From Leptothoe kymatousa TAU-MAC 1615 (GTDB lineage: Bacteria; Cyanobacteriota; Cyanobacteriia; Phormidesmidales; Phormidesmidaceae), in assembly GCF_018739865.1 (NCBI RefSeq), contig NZ_JADOER010000001.1, positions 61,899-93,898 on the forward strand: a DNA stretch of 32,000 bases. The letters are read 5' to 3'. Position numbers and translations under genes: made by a program. Below, piece by piece: positions 25,875-32,000 of the stretch (positions are counted from its first letter, which is position 1; the number at the start of each line of letters is the position of its first letter). Under the pieces are notes generated by a model that did not search any database, was not told where the DNA came from, and saw only the letters and a list, made by a program, of their open reading frames with translations.

Positions 25875-27038
25875 TCATACAACGGCTTCGTTGAGCAGTT
25901 CAGTAATGGCCCGATGCTCAATGGGGGGCTCCATCACCTCCTGGCGAGTATCCGTAATCAGCCAGTCTAGGGCCGCTTGCTTCATATCGATGGAGGCGCC
26001 AGTCTTGTCAACGCAATAGCGACCGAACACAAGCTTGTCGATCAAACGTACGCCGGAACCAATGCGGGAATATTCGAAGACGACGCTCTTGTCCACCAGG
26101 GCACCGCTGCAAATGCAGCTATTGGGGCCGATCATAGTAGGTCCAATGATGGTGGCACCATCTTCGATTTCCGCCATGCCGCCAATGTAAACTGGACCTT
26201 CGATATTGATCTTATCCCAGTTGGCCTTCACGTTTAGACCGGTGTAAACACCAGGCTTTACTTCATGGCCCGGAATGCTAACGCCCTTGACCTGGCCCGT
26301 GAGCACATCTTGGATGGCCTGCCAATAGTCGGGGACCTTACCAATGTCAACCCACTCAAAGTCCATGGTGATGCCATAGAACGCTTCGTTGGCTTCCACT
26401 AGCTTGGGGAAGAGGTCGCCACCGATGTCAAACTCTTGACCGGAGGGGATGTAGTTAAAGATTTCGGGCTCGAAAATGTAAATACCGGTGTTGATGTTGG
26501 TGCTCAGGGCCTCCTCAACCGTAGGCTTTTCTTGGAAGGACTTGATGCGGCCAGTGTCATCCGTGACCACCACACCGTAGCTGGGCACCTGCTTGAGGGG
26601 CACCGACTTCATGACGATGGTGGCGATGGAACCCTTTTCCTTGTGCTGACGAACCGCTTCGGTGAGGTCCAGGTCAATCAGGGCGTCGCCGCAGAGGACG
26701 ACGAAGGTATCATCAAAGAACGGGGAAAAGTCCTGGATTTTGCGCATACCACCGGCGGAACCGAGGGCATCTCCAACTAGTTCACCATTGGTAATGCGAC
26801 CTTCAAAGGAATAGGCTAGATCTACACCGAAGCGCTGACCATCTCTGAAGTAGCCTTCAATTTCATTGGCCAAGTGGCTAACGTTGGCTACGATTTCAGT
26901 AAAACCGTGCTGTTTTAGTAGTTCTAATAGAAACTCCATCACTGGCTTTTGCAGGATGGGGATCATCGGCTTAGGAATGGTGTACGTGATGGGACGTACA
27001 CGAGTACCTTTCCCTGCCGCCAAGATCATGGCTTTCAT
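25875..27038 (-). CDS. NDP-sugar pyrophosphorylase (mannose-1-phosphate guanylyltransferase-like) with C-terminal left-handed beta-helix
   Basis: The N-terminal signature is 'MKAMILAAGKGTRVRPITYTIPKPMIPI'. 'VLCGDALIDLDL' is also present. The C-terminal hexapeptide-like region is 'GPVYIGGMAEIEDGATIIGPTMIGPNSCICSGALV'. The ATG at 27038 is preferred to the longer ORF start at 27119. Confidence 0.88.
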   Translation of the reverse strand: MKAMILAAGKGTRVRPITYTIPKPMIPILQKPVMEFLLELLKQHGFTEIVANVSHLANEIEGYFRDGQRFGVDLAYSFEGRITNGELVGDALGSAGGMRKIQDFSPFFDDTFVVLCGDALIDLDLTEAVRQHKEKGSIATIVMKSVPLKQVPSYGVVVTDDTGRIKSFQEKPTVEEALSTNINTGIYIFEPEIFNYIPSGQEFDIGGDLFPKLVEANEAFYGITMDFEWVDIGKVPDYWQAIQDVLTGQVKGVSIPGHEVKPGVYTGLNVKANWDKINIEGPVYIGGMAEIEDGATIIGPTMIGPNSCICSGALVDKSVVFEYSRIGSGVRLIDKLVFGRYCVDKTGASIDMKQAALDWLITDTRQEVMEPPIEHRAITELLNEAVV

Positions 27039-27394
27039 AAATGCTCTCTCTATTCCTAAATAACAGCTAAGAGGTAAAAATAACCGGACGTTGCGATCGC
27101 GAGCGACCGCAATAAGCATAAGGCTTTAACTACAGGTCTCACTATCGCAGGACAAACTTTAGTAGAGGGTCTAAAATTTGCCATTGCCAATCACCATTGG
27201 CACCTGACAGGAATCATCGGTTTGGCAACGTCAAGATAGTAACAAGCGCCCTTAAAGTATACCCACGCATATTGTCGGACTTCATTACTGCCTCACAGAC
27301 GTCCAGGCAAATATTGATTTTTATGCATCCCATCCCCAGAATGACACCTATGGAATGTCCTTTGTTCCGGACAGGTGATTAGGGCCTTTGGGGC

Positions 27395-28255
27395 TTAATC
27401 GGGTAAAACATAGGCGGGCACATCCGCTAGGGTGGCTGCGTTGAGTTGTCTGACTTTCAGATCGCGGTAGAAACGGTCCTGAGCAAGTTCCACTTTGGAC
27501 TGTGAGGATAAAAAGAGTAGGCCCCAAAATACGCCAACTTTTTCATGGCGATAGTCTTCATCACTTAATTCGTTAGTGATGGGGCCACCCAGAACATCTG
27601 GACGAAAATGGGCCCAATGTTCTAGTAAACGCTCAAAATCCATCCATTCGATGGCACTTTCTAATTCTTCCCAATATTTATCCAAGAATGTGGCCAGGGC
27701 ATCCGCAATTTCTGACAAATTTTCTTGGTGAGCCAGCTGGGCAATCGTGCTAATGGCCTTGCGCTTGGAGTGGGGTTTGGCGCCCCGATTGCGATTGCGC
27801 GGCGTGGGGTTGGCCATGGCAACGGCCATCATTTCCAACTGGGCGATCAGCTCCTGCAGCGTCACCTGGCGCTTTTCTGGGGGGCTGGCCACGGCTCGGC
27901 GGTGGATATAGTTTTCCAGGTTGCGCGGTAGCCGTCTGGCGTAGCCCTGGGGCTCAAAGCCCTCTTCGTCTTCTTCGAAGTCCACGACTTCTTCTTCGAT
28001 TTCGCTGCGAATTAGGGTGTCGGCTTTGAGCAGCACCAACATGGAGGCATAGAGAAAGGCCTGCCCCGATTCCGAGAGATTTTTTTCGTAGGGTGAGCGA
28101 CCATTAGCGGCAACGAGCTCTTGTTCTTTAAGGCTTTTGAGAAAACGATCGACGACATCAATTACGTTTACGTCCCAGGGGTTAATCTCACCCCGTTCGG
28201 ACAGGTCAATCAAAAATGCGATCGCTCGTTGAGCTAAGGAATTGGCCATAGACAC
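27395..28255 (-). CDS. scpA: Segregation and condensation protein A
   Basis: The ScpA-typical N-terminus is 'AIAFLIDLSERGEINPWDVNVIDVVDRFL'. An acidic central linker and C-terminal 'FWGLLFLSSQSKVELAQDRFYRDLKV' follow. Confidence 0.85.
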   Translation of the reverse strand: MSMANSLAQRAIAFLIDLSERGEINPWDVNVIDVVDRFLKSLKEQELVAANGRSPYEKNLSESGQAFLYASMLVLLKADTLIRSEIEEEVVDFEEDEEGFEPQGYARRLPRNLENYIHRRAVASPPEKRQVTLQELIAQLEMMAVAMANPTPRNRNRGAKPHSKRKAISTIAQLAHQENLSEIADALATFLDKYWEELESAIEWMDFERLLEHWAHFRPDVLGGPITNELSDEDYRHEKVGVFWGLLFLSSQSKVELAQDRFYRDLKVRQLNAATLADVPAYVLPD

Positions 28256-28478
28256 AACCTTATTAAAAACTAGTTGACGCTACTGGTGTGAAATGAGCTG
28301 ACGCTACATCTAGCGTGAACAGATGCACTATAGCTTAGAAGAAATGAAAATTCAAAAAAAAGTGTCAAATTCAGTTACAAAGACCCCTTTGCCCCTTTAA
28401 AAAGCGGTAAAAAACCGGCTGAAATGACTAGGGCGCTTACCACTAGGACTAGATAATTAATTTTTCTTAATAAAAGAA

Positions 28479-28527
28479 AGAAGAAGGAACCCGACAAGGT
28501 GTGGTTTAACCTGGGGTTTCTTCTTCT
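28479..28527 (-). terminator. Terminator-like hairpin downstream of the LapA-domain gene
   Basis: On the minus strand, a ~14-bp stem (AGAAGAAGAAACCC / GGGTTCCTTCTTCT, one G-U pair) closes a 21-nt loop. It is followed by TTCTTTTATT, about 40 nt after the stop. Confidence 0.45.
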
Positions 28528-28567
28528 AAATCGTTTGCTTGCTTGGCAGGTTTTATTCAACCGGGCG

Positions 28568-28930
28568 CTACGCTACGGCTTCTCCTGTGCCTGCGTCTTT
28601 GGCCGCCCCAGGCAGCATGGGCTGAAGATCCTCTAGCTCCACACGGTAGCGCTCCACATCTTCCTCCAGCTGCTGGATGCGCAATTCTCGCTGTTGAACC
28701 TGGGGATTCACGTTGAAATATCCCTGGAGCTGGACCCAAACACTAAATACCCAGGCCAGCACAGCACCCACACCGAGGGACACCATTAGCTCGATGCACA
28801 GGGGTGCCTCGATATCTATACCCCTAACAATGTGAATTGTGGCTGTGTCGGTATTTTCAATGCCAAATAAGACGAGGGCTAAACAGATGACAAAGATGAC
28901 GACGAAATTCACCTGGCGCATAGCGGTCAC
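28568..28930 (-). CDS. LapA-domain (DUF1049) small membrane protein with C-terminal coiled coil
   Basis: It has two TM segments ('VNFVVIFVICLALVLFGI', 'LMVSLGVGAVLAWVFSVWV') followed by 'QQRELRIQQLEEDVERYRVELEDL'. The start could instead be the second ATG at 28921. Confidence 0.7.
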   Translation of the reverse strand: MTAMRQVNFVVIFVICLALVLFGIENTDTATIHIVRGIDIEAPLCIELMVSLGVGAVLAWVFSVWVQLQGYFNVNPQVQQRELRIQQLEEDVERYRVELEDLQPMLPGAAKDAGTGEAVA

Positions 28931-29027
28931 CTCTCAATCACGATGAAACAGCTACAGGCTACTACAGGAATGTCAAGATTGATCGAATTTTTTATTTATT
29001 AAAAGAGTTGCGGTCGGAATTTAGGTG

Positions 29028-29687
29028 TTATGGCCGGTTCAACAGCCCATGGCGAACGCCATAGCCCCCGGCGCACAGCAAAATAATTACCCCGGCACCA
29101 ATGCCGATGGGGCTAGGAATCCAAAAGGTGGCATCCAGGGTGTTGACCTCGCCAGGGGTGAGGGGCCAGTGGCTGGCGTCGGCAATGGAGTCAATGTCAA
29201 AGCTGAGGGACAGGGTGCGCCAGCCATCTAGGGCACCGCCTTCGCCGATGGCCTGATCGGCGGATAGGCCCCGCAGGTCGATCTCCGCTTGGAGATGATT
29301 GAGCAAGGCCACGCCAAAGTTTTGTTGGCTCAGGTCTAGGTGGGCGAGCAGCGGCGGTGCGCCGGGCACCTGGGTCATGGGGCCATCGGCCGCAAACAGC
29401 TGGTTAAATTTTTTGACTAGGTCAGCGCCATTGTTAAAGTCGATGGTCACCTGGAGCGTGCCATCATCCAGGGATGTGGCTTTGCCAGAAAAGGTTTTGG
29501 CTTCTTGGATAAAGACCTGTAGCCACTGTTGGCGCACGTCGCTATTGAGGCTGACAAACTGGTCGTTGAGGTGCAGGGTTTGCACCAGGGTGCCATGGGT
29601 TTGGCTATCAAAGTCGATGCCTAGCTCATAGTCCACACAGCCGCTCAAACATATGGATAGGGCTGCGATCGCAATCAGCCGCATCAT
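29028..29687 (-). CDS. Lipoprotein, DUF3153-like, with C-terminal TM anchor
   Basis: From the ATG at 29687 the sequence has a lipobox-like signal, 'MMRLIAIAALSICLSGC'. The mature part begins 'VDYELGIDFDSQTHGTLVQTLHL'. The C-terminal hydrophobic segment is 'IGIGAGVIILLCAGGYGV'. The family call is from memory. Confidence 0.6.
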   Translation of the reverse strand: MMRLIAIAALSICLSGCVDYELGIDFDSQTHGTLVQTLHLNDQFVSLNSDVRQQWLQVFIQEAKTFSGKATSLDDGTLQVTIDFNNGADLVKKFNQLFAADGPMTQVPGAPPLLAHLDLSQQNFGVALLNHLQAEIDLRGLSADQAIGEGGALDGWRTLSLSFDIDSIADASHWPLTPGEVNTLDATFWIPSPIGIGAGVIILLCAGGYGVRHGLLNRP

Positions 29688-29695
29688 CAGCGTCC

Positions 29696-30202
29696 TTAGC
29701 TGAACCACCATAGACCTCCTAGCAACAGGGCGGCACCCACCAGGGCAACCCACACAAATCCGTTATCTTCCGTATTCACTTCACTCAGGGGCAGCGGTGG
29801 CGGTGGGGGCTTCAGGGGGCGAGGCTTAACGGGGCGATTTTGCCACGGTTTATCATCGCCATTTTCCAGGTCCGCTAAATCGGGGATTTTAGTCAGGCAT
29901 TCTTCTTTTACCTGCAATTTGGGCGCATTGATGATGTATAGCACCCGTTTGCTTTGTTTGCGCACATCCAGGTCTGGGTGCAGCGCCAGTTTGCCACATA
30001 GTTCAATGGCTTCCTGGCGTCGGTCTGTGGCCGCTAGGGCATTTACCAGCCACAGTTTTAACTCCCCGTCTAATGAAATGCTAGGGTTTTCGGCGATGCC
30101 CTGTTCAAAGGCTTGTACGGCATCGGCATATCGGCCTCGCTCAAAGGCTTTTTGACCCAGTTCAAAGGCTGTTCGCGCACTCTGATTGGCTGCATCTGGC
30201 AT
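29696..30202 (-). CDS. TPR-like repeat protein with Pro-rich segment and C-terminal TM helix
   Basis: TPR-like helices are 'AFELGQKAFERGRYADAVQAFEQGI' and 'LWLVNALAATDRRQEAIELCGKL'. 'KPRPLKPPPPPLPL' follows, then 'FVWVALVGAALLLGGLWWF'. Confidence 0.65.
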   Translation of the reverse strand: MPDAANQSARTAFELGQKAFERGRYADAVQAFEQGIAENPSISLDGELKLWLVNALAATDRRQEAIELCGKLALHPDLDVRKQSKRVLYIINAPKLQVKEECLTKIPDLADLENGDDKPWQNRPVKPRPLKPPPPPLPLSEVNTEDNGFVWVALVGAALLLGGLWWFS

Positions 30203-30293
30203 TGCGGCTAATCGCTAATTTAACTATCTTCTGCTCAGATATTTTACGGCGAACCTAGTTGAATGCAACTAAAAAACAGCGGGTGGGTTGGAA

Positions 30294-32000
30294 TTATGTC
30301 TGGGCAGAATCGGTGGTCTGGTGCCCTTCGGGCTTTGGCATGGGTAGGGTGATGGTTAACGTTGTGCCCGCTGTAGACGACTCACAGGTTAGCGTTCCAT
30401 CGTGCTGTTGGGTGACGATTTGATAGGCAATGGAAAGGCCTAGGCCGGTGCCTTTGCCCACGGATTTTGTGGTGAAAAATGGATCAAAGATTTTTTCCCG
30501 CAGGGCCTCGGGAATGCCAGGGCCATTATCCGAGATTTGAATTTCGTAGTGGGTGGCTAAACGGCGGGTTTGAATGTGGATGTGTGGGGTAAAGCTATCT
30601 AGGGCTTTAGTCTGTGCTTCTCGCAACGCATCAATGGCATTGCTCAAAATGTTCATAAATACCTGGTTTAGCTGGGAGGCGTAACAGCTAATGGGGGGCA
30701 ATGGGCCATAGTCTTTCTGGATGTCGATGGCATCAAAATCGCTATTTTCCTTGAGGCGATTTTGTAAAATCAGCAGGGTGCTGTCTAGCCCCTCGTGGAT
30801 ATCCACGGGCTTTTGTTCGGCCTCATCGAGGCGAGAGAAATTTCGCAGGGAGGTGATAATGTCGGCGATGCGTTCTGCCCCCACCGTCATGGAATTTAGC
30901 AGGCTGGGTAAATCCTCTTTGATGTAGGTGATGTCGATTTTTTGGGCCAAGGCCGTAATGTCGGCGGCGGGGTCTGGGTAGTGGTGCTGGTACTGCTCAA
31001 TTAGGGACAGCAGATCGTCGGTATATTCCTGGGCCGGTTCTAGGTTGCCATAGATAAAGCTGACCGGGTTGTTGATTTCATGGGCAATGCCCGCCACCAT
31101 TTGCCCCAAGCTGGACATTTTTTCGGTTTGGATCAGCTGAATTTGGGTTTGTTTTAGCTGATCTAGCGTATCGGAGAGTCGGGTGTTTTTCTCGGCTAGG
31201 GCCTGGGTGCGATCGCGCACTTTCTGTTCCAGTTCCTGGTTCGCCGTAGCCAGGGTTTGGCGAGCCTGGCTCAAATTATCAAACAAAATTGAGTTTTGGA
31301 TGGAGATCGCTGCCTGGGCCGACAGAATGCTCAGCATTTCCACATGCTGATGGGTAAATGCCTGGGCCATCAGGTTGTTTTCTAAATAAATCAGGCCCAC
31401 TAGTTCTGCCTGGCGCAGGATGGGGGCACACACAATGGACTTGGGCCCATGGGTTTGAATATACCTATCCTGGGAAAACTGTTGGCTCTCCTGGGCATTG
31501 TCCAGCACCATGGGGCGTTGGGTGCGCACCACATACTGAACCAGGCTTTGGGGCAAATAGGGATAGTCCGTCGCCACGGTTGTAGCCAGTAGCGATTGAT
31601 CGACCTGCGGGTCTGGAAAATGGCCATGGGTGACTTCAACCGTGAGTCGATCGGTGCGGTTTAGGAGCAACACCCCCGATTGTCCCCCCGCATTTTCCAG
31701 CGCCAGCGCCAGCAGTTTGCTCAGCAGGTTTGGCAACAGAATCTCGCTGGAGAGGGCCTGGGATGCCTTGATGACCGTTTCGCGATCCAAAATATGGTCG
31801 GAATAGTCACTGCGAACGCTAATGCTTTGGCCTTGGCCCAGGGAGGTCAGGGGGGGTAACCCTAGCTGGGGGGTGATCAACTGGGGATATTGCTTTGCCA
31901 TGAGGGCAACTTTGCTCTGTGCCCCCCACCGTTGATAGAGCTGATGGGCTTTTTGTCTGAAAAATTGGGCATTTTCCAGCTGCTGCCGACTGTGTAGCAG
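30294..32000 (-). CDS. GAF-HisKA-HATPase C-terminal part of a larger sensor kinase; 5' end beyond the window
   Basis: The reading frame stays open from the ATG at 31901 to base 32000, translating as '[41 protein letters not shown]'. The GAF-like region is '[21 protein letters not shown]...[12 protein letters not shown]'. Kinase motifs are H-box '[12 protein letters not shown]', N-box 'ILSNAIDAL', G1 'DNGPGI' and G2 'GKGTGLGLS'. Confidence 0.88.
   Translation of the reverse strand: MLHSRQQLENAQFFRQKAHQLYQRWGAQSKVALMAKQYPQLITPQLGLPPLTSLGQGQSISVRSDYSDHILDRETVIKASQALSSEILLPNLLSKLLALALENAGGQSGVLLLNRTDRLTVEVTHGHFPDPQVDQSLLATTVATDYPYLPQSLVQYVVRTQRPMVLDNAQESQQFSQDRYIQTHGPKSIVCAPILRQAELVGLIYLENNLMAQAFTHQHVEMLSILSAQAAISIQNSILFDNLSQARQTLATANQELEQKVRDRTQALAEKNTRLSDTLDQLKQTQIQLIQTEKMSSLGQMVAGIAHEINNPVSFIYGNLEPAQEYTDDLLSLIEQYQHHYPDPAADITALAQKIDITYIKEDLPSLLNSMTVGAERIADIITSLRNFSRLDEAEQKPVDIHEGLDSTLLILQNRLKENSDFDAIDIQKDYGPLPPISCYASQLNQVFMNILSNAIDALREAQTKALDSFTPHIHIQTRRLATHYEIQISDNGPGIPEALREKIFDPFFTTKSVGKGTGLGLSIAYQIVTQQHDGTLTCESSTAGTTLTITLPMPKPEGHQTTDSAQT

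Noticed and set aside
28274-28307. 11-nt direct repeat (t/c)tgacgctac spaced 24 nt apart in the scpA upstream region, considered as an operator
   Set aside because: It is short and occurs only once as a pair. There is no adjacent regulator and no matching -10/-35 geometry, so chance is the simpler explanation.
28375-28560. 61-aa minus-strand ORF between scpA and the LapA-domain gene
   Set aside because: It covers the terminator-like hairpin and a 'cccctttaaaaag' type repeat (…LPLFKGAKGS…). It is a typical artefactual translation of cyanobacterial intergenic repeats.

Overview
This window is a cyanobacterial chromosomal segment. I counted 13 copies of the HIP1 octamer GCGATCGC by eye. It also carries light-dependent protochlorophyllide reductase, typical cyanobacterial DUF genes and G/C-rich intergenic hairpins. 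I support 21 protein-coding genes, one low-confidence small ORF and one tRNA-Pro(CGG).

The flanks are ordinary core genes. On the left: an S8/P-domain peptidase cut by the left edge, a phosphohexomutase, trmO, two adjacent two-component hybrid kinases and azlCD. On the right: por, mtnP, a DUF3611-like protein, an RhtA-like EamA exporter, an NDP-sugar pyrophosphorylase, scpA, a LapA-domain protein, a DUF3153-like lipoprotein, a TPR protein and a GAF-histidine kinase cut by the right edge.

The centre, about 10.8-21.1 kb, looks accessory. Four same-strand genes sit in a 12.2-kb stretch with no HIP1, bracketed by two direct copies of a ~105-bp dispersed repeat. A third, inverted copy lies at 4.9 kb.
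- An N-terminal P-domain / leishmanolysin-like metalloprotease.
- A caspase/CHAT-like + TIR protein.
- An effector-less NB-ARC (Apaf-1-type) + WD40 STAND NTPase.
- A 1070-aa DUF4347 / beta-propeller / Ig-like / DUF4114 protein.

The most interesting object is the CHAT-TIR / NB-ARC-WD40 pair, an NLR-like candidate immunity or programmed-cell-death module with two unusual properties.
- The two ORFs are separated only by a frame change at an A5 run, and the downstream ORF has no usable ATG.
- The WD40 sensor consists of near-identical 126-bp tandem units whose few differences are almost all non-synonymous and fall on predicted top-face hotspot codons.

All domain calls come from motif recognition by eye; no database search was possible.
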